Position numbers and translations under genes: made by a program
In this document: piece after piece, positions 49,321 to 59,382 of the stretch
Position numbering within the stretch: the stretch's first letter is position 1
Layout of the letters: the number at the start of each line of letters is the position of its first letter
Notes under the pieces: model-generated
Told to the model about the DNA's origin: nothing
The model's input: only the letters and a program-made list of their open reading frames with translations
Databases searched by the model: none
Virus record (IMG/VR): IMGVR_UViG_3300013006_000023
Coordinates: 43,652 to 107,651 of that record
Source of the DNA: a virus
Length of the DNA: 64,000 bases
Reading direction: 5' to 3' (one strand)

Positions 49321-50865
49321 ATGAGCAACAAACTGGAATGTGCAGATTTATTTTCCATATGCAATGTTAGTTTTGCAGATACAGGATTTTACGTAAATCT
49401 ATGCGAATCCACAGAAAGAAAAGCTAATGTTGATGAGCAAATTAAAAAATTTCAAATAACTGGTTTAAATAGATTTGAAGCATTAAAAGATGAATTGCGT
49501 CAAAGTTCTGCAACAAAAAGCCAAAGAGCGGTTTTTGAACAAGCAATTAAAAACGGTAATGATGTTGTCTTTGTGGCAGAAGATGATTTTCACATATTGG
49601 ACACAATAACTCCTCATAATAAACCACGTATTCCCATTGAGGAACATTTATGCATGTTAAAACAAGAGTTGGATACTCTGGATTGGGATGTGTTTTTGTT
49701 TGGTTGTTGCCCGCGATCACATTTAATACCATACACACAAAATATAAGTCTTGTGCACAAAAGCACAGGAGCATGGGCTTACTTAATAAAGAACAAAGCC
49801 ATGCAATATATTTTGGATAATTTCCATTACACAAGAGATTATTTGGCCATTGATGACATTCTACCGTTGCTCAATTTCAGAGGATTCAAAACGTTTTGCG
49901 CTTCACCCATAACAATACATCATGAAGTGGGGTTTGTGTCCACACTCAATCCTCAAGGCCCTGTAAACTATGATAACATGATAAATGGATGCTATGCAAA
50001 ATACCAGAGTTACAGTGATGATAATTATTTGACAGATTATGATTTTGCACGCAACACAACCATAGTAATTGCTGGTCACTTTGCAGATAATTTTTTATTT
50101 TACTTGAGATACTTGCTTCACAGTCTGCCTGAAGCACTTAAGAAATGTAAATTTTTAATTTATTATGATCATGATCCTAGGGTTGATAACCCAGTACTCT
50201 CGTTAATACATTACTTCTACAACCGAAATGACTATCTAACACACAACATTAAGTTTGTTAAATATGGATTAATTGACATATTTAAAACAGCATTGGATGA
50301 TATAACCACACCATATTTTATTTTCTTAGAACATGATTGGGTTTTTCTTGATAAAAATAAAATTAACTTCAATTCACTGGTGAGTGCATTCAATAACAAC
50401 AATTTTGTGCATTCAGTTTATTTTAACAAGGACGATAATAACATGCGCGGTTTTGATATATGCAAAGATGCTTGTGGTGACACAACACCATTTGAGAGAG
50501 ACATCAGAGTCAGTGAGACTGATCTTGTAACAACTTGCCGCTGGTCCAACAACCCTGCAATGCATAGAACAAGCAAATTTAAAGAATGGTATGATGTGCA
50601 TTTGGCTCATGTGCATGGCAACACAGGTCATGGTCAGCATGATGTGGAAGAGAATATGATACCCATATACAGAAAAGCAATTGAAACGTCCAAATGGACA
50701 GACATCAGGGACAATTGGGGAACATTTTTATATGGTAATATTGGTGATGGTCCCTATGTTGGTCATACAGATGGCACCAGAAGATACACTACCACTGCAC
50801 GATCACAGCCAGAAATTAATGGTGATGCATATATTGAAAACAATCCTTTACCGCAGCAAGACTAA
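49321..50865 (+). CDS. Two-domain glycosyltransferase (GT25-like + GT2-like)
   Basis: FYVNL..ERK, RFEA, FVAEDD, GAWAY; then YFIFLEHDW, WSNNP. Confidence 0.75.
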   Translation: MSNKLECADLFSICNVSFADTGFYVNLCESTERKANVDEQIKKFQITGLNRFEALKDELRQSSATKSQRAVFEQAIKNGNDVVFVAEDDFHILDTITPHNKPRIPIEEHLCMLKQELDTLDWDVFLFGCCPRSHLIPYTQNISLVHKSTGAWAYLIKNKAMQYILDNFHYTRDYLAIDDILPLLNFRGFKTFCASPITIHHEVGFVSTLNPQGPVNYDNMINGCYAKYQSYSDDNYLTDYDFARNTTIVIAGHFADNFLFYLRYLLHSLPEALKKCKFLIYYDHDPRVDNPVLSLIHYFYNRNDYLTHNIKFVKYGLIDIFKTALDDITTPYFIFLEHDWVFLDKNKINFNSLVSAFNNNNFVHSVYFNKDDNNMRGFDICKDACGDTTPFERDIRVSETDLVTTCRWSNNPAMHRTSKFKEWYDVHLAHVHGNTGHGQHDVEENMIPIYRKAIETSKWTDIRDNWGTFLYGNIGDGPYVGHTDGTRRYTTTARSQPEINGDAYIENNPLPQQD

Positions 50866-50868
50866 TAG

Positions 50869-50896
50869 TTGATATTGAAATAAAAATATATAAAAT
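50869..50896 (+). promoter_or_regulatory. Sigma70-like promoter, leaderless
   Basis: TTGATA-N16-TAAAAT, 5 nt before ATG 50902. Confidence 0.6.
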
Positions 50897-50901
50897 ATTT
50901 T

Positions 50902-53244
50902 ATGTCCTTTTGCACAGCGGATAGGCTTTTATCAAGACCCAACAAGAGCGTTGATGCCAGCATCATTTCACACGAACAGATCAAGCACCTCATTACATTT
51001 CTTGAACAAGCGGTTACAGAGAACATAGAAGGTGATGTGGTTGAATTTGGTTGTTATGTGGGCGAATCATCCAAATATCTGAGAATGATGCTTGATGAGC
51101 TCAAGAGCAATAAAGAATTGCATGTGTATGATTCTTTTGAAGGATTGCCTCAATTGAGTGAACATGAAAAAAACACTGCATGGAGACCAGGCACTCTCAA
51201 ATCAACTGTTGAAATTCTGGAACAAAATTTTGAACAAAACGGTCTCAAGAAACCTGTTATCACAAAAGGGTGGTTTAAAGATGTTGCAGATGCTGACATC
51301 CCATCCAAAATATCATTTGCATTTCTTGATGGTGATTTTTATGAATCAATATATGATTCTCTTCAAAAAATTTATGACAGAGTTAGCGATGGCGGTTTCA
51401 TTGTATTTCATGATTACAAAAGACCTGACCTGCCTGGAGTAGAAAAAGCTGCATGGGATTTCTTTTATACCAAAAATGTATTTCCTAACATAACTGTTGT
51501 ATGTGAGCAGCTTGGTGTGTATCGCAAGAATGCCACAGTGAAAGTCATCACTGAAACTCCCAAATATGAAAATCCAATCACACTGGTCACAGGCATCTGG
51601 GATCTGGGCAGAGGGCAACTCACTGAAGGATGGTCTCGTAATTATTCGCACTACCTAGATAATTTCAACAAACTACTCCAAGTTGAAAACAATTTAATTA
51701 TTTTTGGTGACAAAGAACTCAGAGATATAGTTTACAAAGTTAGAAGCGATAAAAATACACAATTCATTGAGAGACCCTTGGAATGGTTTAAGGATAACCA
51801 ATATTATCCGTTGATACAGAAGCTCAGAACCGATCCAAATTGGTTCAATCTGGCAGGCTGGCTCACGGAATCAACACAGGCAAAGCTGGACATGTACAAT
51901 CCCTTGGTAATGTCCAAGATGTTCATGCTTAATGATGCTAAAATCATGGACAAGTTTGATTCTAAGTTCTTATTCTGGCTGGATGGTGGCATAACCAACA
52001 CTGTGCATCCTGGATACTTCACTCATGACAAGGTGTTCAATAACCTGGAGAAGTACATCACCAAATTTTCTTTCATCTGTTTTCCGTATGAGGCCAATAA
52101 TGAGATTCATGGCTTCAAGTTTGATGAAATCAATAAACTAGCAGGCACCACAGTGAAGAAAGTTGCAAGGGGTGGATTGTTTGGTGGACCCAAGGACAGC
52201 ATTTCTGATATTAACACAATATATTACAATCTTCTCATGGGCACTCTTGACTCAGGTCTAATGGGCACAGAAGAATCCATATTTAGCATCATAACATACA
52301 AATATGGAGACAAGGTTAACTATTTTGAGATTAATTCAGATGGTTTGTTAGGTACATTTTTTGAAAACTTAAAAAATAATAACATAACAGTGCTAAGTGA
52401 GAGCAACAATGCAACGTCCTCCATTGTGCTGAATACAAACAACACAGGCTTGTATGTCATAACGTTCAATTCGCCCAACCAGTTCAAAACATTAATACAT
52501 AGCATGAATTTATATGACAAAGAGTTCATACTCAAACCTAAAAAATATTTGCTTGATAATTCTACTGATGCCTCAACATTTGATCAGTATAAAAAGCTAT
52601 GTGAAGAACATAATTTTACGCACATTAAAAAAGACAACCTGGGCATATGTGGCGGTCGACAGTTCATTGCTGAACATGCTGAGTCTGAAAACTTAGATTT
52701 TTACTTCTTCTTTGAGGATGATATGTTTTTTTACCTTGGCCAAGAAAACACATGCAAGAACGGATTCAACAGACGAGTTGAGAACCTATACGCAAATTCA
52801 CTAAAAATTATTAATGAAAATAACTTTGATTTCCTTAAGCTATCTTTCACAGAGTTTTATGGTGATAATAAAACACAATGGTCATGGTACAATGTGCCAC
52901 AAGCCAAACGTGATGAATATTGGCCAGATTACAACAAGCTGCCACAAATGGGCCTGGATCCCAATGCTCCCAAGACTGTATACCACCACATTGGTTGTGC
53001 CAACAACATACCTTTTGCAAGTGGTGAAGTGTATTACTGCAATTGGCCACAAGTTGTTTCTCGTTCTGGCAATAGAAAGATGTTCATTGACGTGAAATGG
53101 GCCAACCCGTATGAGCAAACCTGGATGTCATACATGTATCAACTCACAAAAGAAAAGGATTTGAACTCAGGCATTTTGCTCATATCGCCCATTGAACACA
53201 ACAGATTTGAATACTATGAAGGTTCACTGCGCAGAGAGAATTAA
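50902..53244 (+). CDS. Tri-domain protein: TylF/MycF O-methyltransferase + HtrL/YibB-like + GT-A glycosyltransferase
   Basis: GDVVEFG..GES, YDSFEGLP, KGWF, LDGDFYES, HDY; ITLVTGIWDLGR, FWLDGG, MGTEE; NLGICGGR, FFEDDM. Confidence 0.8.
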   Translation: MSFCTADRLLSRPNKSVDASIISHEQIKHLITFLEQAVTENIEGDVVEFGCYVGESSKYLRMMLDELKSNKELHVYDSFEGLPQLSEHEKNTAWRPGTLKSTVEILEQNFEQNGLKKPVITKGWFKDVADADIPSKISFAFLDGDFYESIYDSLQKIYDRVSDGGFIVFHDYKRPDLPGVEKAAWDFFYTKNVFPNITVVCEQLGVYRKNATVKVITETPKYENPITLVTGIWDLGRGQLTEGWSRNYSHYLDNFNKLLQVENNLIIFGDKELRDIVYKVRSDKNTQFIERPLEWFKDNQYYPLIQKLRTDPNWFNLAGWLTESTQAKLDMYNPLVMSKMFMLNDAKIMDKFDSKFLFWLDGGITNTVHPGYFTHDKVFNNLEKYITKFSFICFPYEANNEIHGFKFDEINKLAGTTVKKVARGGLFGGPKDSISDINTIYYNLLMGTLDSGLMGTEESIFSIITYKYGDKVNYFEINSDGLLGTFFENLKNNNITVLSESNNATSSIVLNTNNTGLYVITFNSPNQFKTLIHSMNLYDKEFILKPKKYLLDNSTDASTFDQYKKLCEEHNFTHIKKDNLGICGGRQFIAEHAESENLDFYFFFEDDMFFYLGQENTCKNGFNRRVENLYANSLKIINENNFDFLKLSFTEFYGDNKTQWSWYNVPQAKRDEYWPDYNKLPQMGLDPNAPKTVYHHIGCANNIPFASGEVYYCNWPQVVSRSGNRKMFIDVKWANPYEQTWMSYMYQLTKEKDLNSGILLISPIEHNRFEYYEGSLRREN

Positions 53245-53278
53245 TTAGTTTATACAGAGTATTATAGTAAATAATAAT

Positions 53279-54433
53279 GTGAATTATGTAAATGCCTATC
53301 TTTCAAGTGGTCCATTGAACCTTGAGAGACCATCACTGGTAAATCACTACTTCTTCTTAGATCCTGTTTTCGGCGAATCATTTACATATGCAAACACAGC
53401 AGATGGTAGTCTGTTCACCAATTCAAGCTTCATAGACACAGTGGACAGCAAGTTATTCTCCCCTTGGGATTACCCTGTCCAAACCTATACGTACAACATC
53501 AATCTTTGCACATTTAATGGTGACACAACTATTAATTTCATCACTTCAGCCCTATATAATGCGTCATATACCACGCTTAAAATAATGTACAATAGCGGAT
53601 TAGGTGATGATATTAAAGTTTTTGAAAAAAAGATCATTGACTCGGAGACTTTAACTTTTCTATTTGACGAAAATTCATTGATTGACACTGACATAAGTTT
53701 TGCATATTCACCCCAATCACAAAATATTACAACATATTATCCAAGTGTTTCCATTTTGAATGGTAATTTGTCATTCACTGTTTATAACTTTGTAATTAAT
53801 TTGCTGCCTGAGTCGTTCTTAAATTTAGTTGACATGAGAATCATCAATTCAACTCAGCTGACAAAAACTGTGGGTGCATTGTCCAAGACTCTGGAAGTGG
53901 TGGAGTTGACCAACAACAGTACAGATGATCAATCCACGTTTTTAACCAATTTTGTGTTGATAAGTGCACAGCCTACTCCCACACCAACTCAAACTGTGAC
54001 TCCCACCATCACCCTGACCCCTTCCAATACACCTTCTAACACACCCACACCATCCATCACACCTTCACGCAGCACACCCACGCCCACACCCACTGTAACA
54101 AACACACGTACACCTACACCTTTTCTCACTCGCACGCCTACACCTACTAATACGCTCACACCCACCAACTCACCCACCCCATCCAACACACCCACCCCCA
54201 CGCAAACACCTTCCAATACACCAACCAACACACAGACACCCACTGTGACACGCACACCATTTGCATCACCAACACCATCTCTGACTGTGTCACCAACGGT
54301 CACATTAACTCCATCACCCACACCTGTCACCCGACAGTCGAATTTGAACGTATTCGGTATAAATTCTTCTGGAGAATTAGGCATAGGCAGCTTCTATGAT
54401 ACCAATGAGAACGACAACCCAGATATATTATAA
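53279..54433 (+). CDS. Putative virion protein with a long Thr/Pro linker
   Basis: Late motif; ~120-residue T/P/S tract; ends in an RCC1-like half-repeat VFGINSSGELGIG. Confidence 0.75.
   Translation: MNYVNAYLSSGPLNLERPSLVNHYFFLDPVFGESFTYANTADGSLFTNSSFIDTVDSKLFSPWDYPVQTYTYNINLCTFNGDTTINFITSALYNASYTTLKIMYNSGLGDDIKVFEKKIIDSETLTFLFDENSLIDTDISFAYSPQSQNITTYYPSVSILNGNLSFTVYNFVINLLPESFLNLVDMRIINSTQLTKTVGALSKTLEVVELTNNSTDDQSTFLTNFVLISAQPTPTPTQTVTPTITLTPSNTPSNTPTPSITPSRSTPTPTPTVTNTRTPTPFLTRTPTPTNTLTPTNSPTPSNTPTPTQTPSNTPTNTQTPTVTRTPFASPTPSLTVSPTVTLTPSPTPVTRQSNLNVFGINSSGELGIGSFYDTNENDNPDIL
53970..54330 (+). repeat. Thr/Pro coding repeat
   Basis: TPTPTQTVTPTITLTPSNTPS... Confidence 0.9.
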
Positions 54434-54436
54434 CAC

Positions 54437-55810
54437 ATGAATGCATCTTTTTATTATAGTGACAATTATGTTACCCTGGATCCAGGGTTTTCAGGCATTG
54501 CTTCTCAAGAAGGATTTGTATTTAGTGATATATTTGGCAGTGCCAACATGACATTTGCTTTGTCTGCCAATCCTGCAGGTAAAAAAGCATACGCCTGTGG
54601 ATACAACACCTTACCCACCACCCCTGCCAATATGGTTAGCTACTTGGGCATAGGCGCAACAAATAGACAAACGTATACTCAAATTTATTTTACTCCCATC
54701 TTGTCTGCATACAATGGATCGTCCATCTTTTCACCAGTTTTTACAAAAATCTCTCCCACGTTTCAAGGGGCATTGGGGCAAATAGGCACAGCTCTTTATG
54801 CCACAGGTGATGATGCTGCTGGTTATAATCTAGGCAAGGGCAACCAAAATACAATTTTCACCAGGGTGATGGCAGGTCCCATTGCAGACTTTGAAGCCGG
54901 GTTTTATGGCTCTTTTGTGCTTGACAATTCAACCCCGCCTGTTGTTTATTATTCAGGCTATGGTGATGCTGGTGGATGGAATCCGGCAGGTCAAGGTACT
55001 GGAGCCAATGCCAGTTATCAAACATTCACAGCTTTGGGTCAGTATTTACCAGGATATACCTACGTGAAAGGTGATTCAGCAATGCCCACAGTGCCAGGCA
55101 CTGGCCCACTTTCAACCTTTTTGCCTTACAACAACAATCGTAGCATAGCAGCTAAACCTGCAAAATCTCTTAATCTTGCATCCTGGATGCTAGCTACCCC
55201 ACAGGGCAATATACCTGCTGGGTATGCACCAGGCAAATACCTCATGTATGTAACAGGAAACAATTTTTATGGCCAACTGGGCATAGGGTACAAATATGCT
55301 TCTAGACCTCTGTGGACATGTGTGCTGGGGGTATGTGCCACTAATCAAGATGTGCAACGTGCAGATGTAAATGCAATTTTTCCTGCCTGGTTTACCAAGC
55401 TTTATGATAGCTCCAGTGATCCCAATGCAAGTAGGTGTTTTGCAAGAGGATTTGATACTGATGGAGGCAATAGGTGGTATGTGGCAGGCGATGTTTCAGG
55501 TGGCAAGGGTGGCGTCACTGTAACTGCTTCCGGAAATGTAAGAAAAGCTAATCAACCTTTACACTGGACACCAATTGAATCTGCAAATACAAATCCTGGT
55601 GTTCTTTTTAGCCCTGATTTCGATTCTGTACACATTGCACCTAAATTCACTGCAGCCAGACTGGCCAGAGCCATATACATCACAGGCCAATTCTCTGGAT
55701 TTGGTCTGCCACAAGCTAATTACACCCAATTCACAAGACTCACATCATTAGATTATGATTTCAATATATCTACTACCAGCTTGGGTGTACTTGTTCTTAG
55801 ATCCAGTTAA
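54437..55810 (+). CDS. Divergent RCC1-like beta-propeller protein
   Basis: YACGYN..YLGIG, YATGD..NLGKG, YVTGNNFYGQLGIG. Confidence 0.65.
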   Translation: MNASFYYSDNYVTLDPGFSGIASQEGFVFSDIFGSANMTFALSANPAGKKAYACGYNTLPTTPANMVSYLGIGATNRQTYTQIYFTPILSAYNGSSIFSPVFTKISPTFQGALGQIGTALYATGDDAAGYNLGKGNQNTIFTRVMAGPIADFEAGFYGSFVLDNSTPPVVYYSGYGDAGGWNPAGQGTGANASYQTFTALGQYLPGYTYVKGDSAMPTVPGTGPLSTFLPYNNNRSIAAKPAKSLNLASWMLATPQGNIPAGYAPGKYLMYVTGNNFYGQLGIGYKYASRPLWTCVLGVCATNQDVQRADVNAIFPAWFTKLYDSSSDPNASRCFARGFDTDGGNRWYVAGDVSGGKGGVTVTASGNVRKANQPLHWTPIESANTNPGVLFSPDFDSVHIAPKFTAARLARAIYITGQFSGFGLPQANYTQFTRLTSLDYDFNISTTSLGVLVLRSS

Positions 55811-55827
55811 CTATATAAATAATACAT

Positions 55828-58800
55828 ATGGAGGTATTTAAATTAGATTCGACTAATTTTATTGGGTTGTCCTCCAGATACCCATATGATGACAAACTGC
55901 AGTTCAATGAGAACATCACGTTCACAAAAGAATACATACAAATACCTAAGAATCAGTTGTTTAAAGATTTTAATGACAACAGTATTAACAATTTTTCCAA
56001 TTTAACTCTCACCAACAGCATTCATTTATCTGGTGCAGTGAATATTGAAAAACTTGATTCAATACCAGATCAAAATTTTACTACATACTTTGCAACAGAA
56101 GCTGTAGGATCCATAACACCCAATTCAAAATTTTGGGTTGTGCAAGAACCACCAATTGATGTGCCAGTGGCCAATGTGGCATTAACAGGCAGCTACAGTC
56201 TTTTCAATAACAAATATCTGTTTCAATTTGAGTACTTGAGTGATAAACTTTGCAAAATTTCACATGAAAACAACAATGTAATCCGCTACTTGACTGTGGA
56301 TTACAGTGAAAATCTGTACTTCACTCCAAATACAAATCAAGACAGCTTCTTAGAGTACAGTCCTCAAGTATTTTTATATGTGTATGACAGAGAAAATAAT
56401 TTTATTTTGCTCATAAAAAATATAGATGATAATTTAAAATATGTTTCCTTTTCTGCAGCAACTCAAGGATTATTCTTAAAAGAAGCATTAACAGGTGGTG
56501 ATGCTTCGTTCTCAACGCAATCAGTTTTCAGGGTAATATCCAAAAGCTCCACATCCAACACAACAAAATTCTTTGACCCTTGGGTTAGTTACAATAAAAA
56601 TTTTAAAACAAACACTCAAGACATAAATGCCATCAATAGTTTTGATAACATTAGAACCAATTTGTTGGTAAATTCTGAATATACCAACATTTCATCCAAC
56701 CACATAGATTTTAATATTTTGTCTCTTAAAAATACTAACACCCCAGAAAACCATCAATCCAGAAACAATCCATTCTTCAATGAAGATGAAATTTTCATGA
56801 GAGATTACAAAACTCTCTTCACTGGATCCAATCAAGAGTTAGGCAATGACAACATATCTGTGGGATATGAGAGTTACACAAATAAAATTCTATTAGAAAA
56901 AGACAAAGTAACATATTTTCATGTACCACAAGTGTTTTATCCATTTGAGAGGTTGAATGTTGCTGATTCTGGTTTAATAGAAGCAGGTGCACTTGCAGGT
57001 GATCACCCACTCAAATCTGATAAAATTTTTAAGAAAAAAGCTGATTACAAATACACATCCCACTTTGGTGACACAATTGATGAAAACACCGGTACATTTT
57101 TATGTTCTTGGTTATCTGGCAATACAAATGTGCAAGACAAACCCATCTGGGTGGATAGATACTACAATCCAAAACGCACATCCTTTGTTGCAGCTCTCAC
57201 ATCCAGGGAACCTAAAGTCATAAGATACATCTCCATATTTGAATGCTTAACTGATAAAGCCAAAGAGTTACTTGATGATGTGGATGTGTTTGATAAGCCA
57301 TCAGACTTGATATTTGAAAAAGGCACATACTATGCCTACCACCATTATGGGCCAGAAGATTCCAAGCGCTTCATAGAAATCTTTAATTCCAGTCTGGTCG
57401 CCAACAGGCTTGCCACTTACAAATTTGTTAATGGCTCTGATGTGTATGCAAATGACCCAGTAAATCCTGAATACCCTTTTTACAGTGATAGATATGGCAT
57501 AACCGAATCGCTATCGGCCATACAAAACACCAATCAATTCACATTAATTTTTGATGCATATAGCTCTGATTGGTCCAAACCATTGGGGTATCAATTGATA
57601 GGCAATTATGACTCTGATGGCTTTGGACTTTTCAATACAAACATAGTTACACCCACTCTGTTCTTCTTTACACCCAGCGCCATAAAAATTACTAATGTAA
57701 ACAGTGACATTTTAAACAATGTGGAAATTAATGCACAACCCATTGGTGCCATAAGACAACAGGGGCTCAATGACTATTTTGTTGTGTTCTCTGATAATAC
57801 TATTCGAAAATTTAATATTTCCAATACAGAGATAAGAAAAACAACAAATGATGAAAATTTTCAAATTAAAAATCTGCTTAGTTATGATTATGATGAAGAA
57901 AATGTTTACTTGCTTATAAACAATGCCACACCACCTTCAGTGCAGAATAAAATTTTGAAATATAACATATATGATAATACAGTAATCGATATTACTAGCA
58001 ACATTGAACGCAAAGGCATTGTAACCAACAACTTAAATTTGCTCAAAACCATTAATCTGTACACAGAGAATGGTGTGGATAAGGTGTATCTCACACCAGG
58101 CATAAAGTCTGAAAGAACAGGAACAAATCTTTTCTTTCTGTCCAATTACAATGAGATCTACAGGTGGTCAAAATTTAATACTGCCACCTCCACTCTCTGC
58201 AGCTCGTTTTTTTCAAACACTAAGATAGAAGATTTTAATATCGACTTCGATAACAACATTTGGGTATTATATAATAACAACCAATACGCAAAATTTACAA
58301 CGGATAGACAGTTCATACTTTCCGGTATAATTGCAAATACTGATTATTTAAATTATAAGGTAAAGTTTGGAGCAGATTTTTCAGATAAGAATTATAATAA
58401 ATTCACATTTTTCATAGGTCGCAGCAAAACAAATGCTAACAAATTATTTTTCTATAAAATAGATTCCAAAGGCGATGTAATTCGTGATACAACTAAAACA
58501 TTTGAACCCACATTCATGAATTTTCATGCCATATCTGCCATAGCTGGTAACAAATTCACTGCATCACCCACTTTATCCTCACTATATTCTTCTGGTATAG
58601 CAGTAGGTAATAATATTGCTGCTGCATCTTATGCAAATATTATTAAATTTAATTCAGATTTCTCTAAATGCTTCAATCCAGCCGAAGATGTTTGCATGAA
58701 TATATCTAATGACAGCTTTTTACGTTCCTACATAAATGAAAAATACAGTGAAAATACAATTAATGCCAAAGTAAAATTAATAAACCCCACAAATAGAAAT

Positions 58801-59382
58801 GACGTCATCACAGAAGAAGTGATATACCCACTATCAGGGCTGGACAGAGGGTTCCATAATTTTGCCATAAGATTTGATAGTTATCAAGGCTATTTAGGAC
58901 TGTTCGTTGACGGCCAGCCAGCAGGCTACACATTGTTCACTCCAAGAAAGTATAAATTTAGTGATATGTTTAGCAAGCCCATAATAGTTGGCAGTTCCAG
59001 CTATTCCTTTGGCATACCACTCTTCAGTTACTTGAAATACGATTCATTTCTTGCCAACGATTTTATTGTTAAGAATTTTTATCTGTACAACAAACCACTG
59101 CTTGACTATGATATTATAATTCATACAAGACAAAGCATGAATATAAGGGATATTAATTTTGATATAGCTTGTGGTAGACGCAATTACATTGAAGAGATAG
59201 AAAGATATTTCAAGGTTTCAACTCCTGGTTCAAAGAGTACTGTGTTTGATTTAAATCTAAGAAGCAGCGGCATTAAAGACAAGAACTTGCAAATAGAGCT
59301 GGAAAAGAGAATAGTTAATCTTATCGGTAAATCTGTGCCTGCATATTCAAAATTAAGAAACATTAAATGGAGCAATTCATGA
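55828..59382 (+). CDS. Large putative structural protein with propeller and LamG-like segments
   Basis: TATAAATA upstream; FHNFAIRFD..GLFVDG..IIVG..FYLYNKPL. Confidence 0.65.
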   Translation: MEVFKLDSTNFIGLSSRYPYDDKLQFNENITFTKEYIQIPKNQLFKDFNDNSINNFSNLTLTNSIHLSGAVNIEKLDSIPDQNFTTYFATEAVGSITPNSKFWVVQEPPIDVPVANVALTGSYSLFNNKYLFQFEYLSDKLCKISHENNNVIRYLTVDYSENLYFTPNTNQDSFLEYSPQVFLYVYDRENNFILLIKNIDDNLKYVSFSAATQGLFLKEALTGGDASFSTQSVFRVISKSSTSNTTKFFDPWVSYNKNFKTNTQDINAINSFDNIRTNLLVNSEYTNISSNHIDFNILSLKNTNTPENHQSRNNPFFNEDEIFMRDYKTLFTGSNQELGNDNISVGYESYTNKILLEKDKVTYFHVPQVFYPFERLNVADSGLIEAGALAGDHPLKSDKIFKKKADYKYTSHFGDTIDENTGTFLCSWLSGNTNVQDKPIWVDRYYNPKRTSFVAALTSREPKVIRYISIFECLTDKAKELLDDVDVFDKPSDLIFEKGTYYAYHHYGPEDSKRFIEIFNSSLVANRLATYKFVNGSDVYANDPVNPEYPFYSDRYGITESLSAIQNTNQFTLIFDAYSSDWSKPLGYQLIGNYDSDGFGLFNTNIVTPTLFFFTPSAIKITNVNSDILNNVEINAQPIGAIRQQGLNDYFVVFSDNTIRKFNISNTEIRKTTNDENFQIKNLLSYDYDEENVYLLINNATPPSVQNKILKYNIYDNTVIDITSNIERKGIVTNNLNLLKTINLYTENGVDKVYLTPGIKSERTGTNLFFLSNYNEIYRWSKFNTATSTLCSSFFSNTKIEDFNIDFDNNIWVLYNNNQYAKFTTDRQFILSGIIANTDYLNYKVKFGADFSDKNYNKFTFFIGRSKTNANKLFFYKIDSKGDVIRDTTKTFEPTFMNFHAISAIAGNKFTASPTLSSLYSSGIAVGNNIAAASYANIIKFNSDFSKCFNPAEDVCMNISNDSFLRSYINEKYSENTINAKVKLINPTNRNDVITEEVIYPLSGLDRGFHNFAIRFDSYQGYLGLFVDGQPAGYTLFTPRKYKFSDMFSKPIIVGSSSYSFGIPLFSYLKYDSFLANDFIVKNFYLYNKPLLDYDIIIHTRQSMNIRDINFDIACGRRNYIEEIERYFKVSTPGSKSTVFDLNLRSSGIKDKNLQIELEKRIVNLIGKSVPAYSKLRNIKWSNS

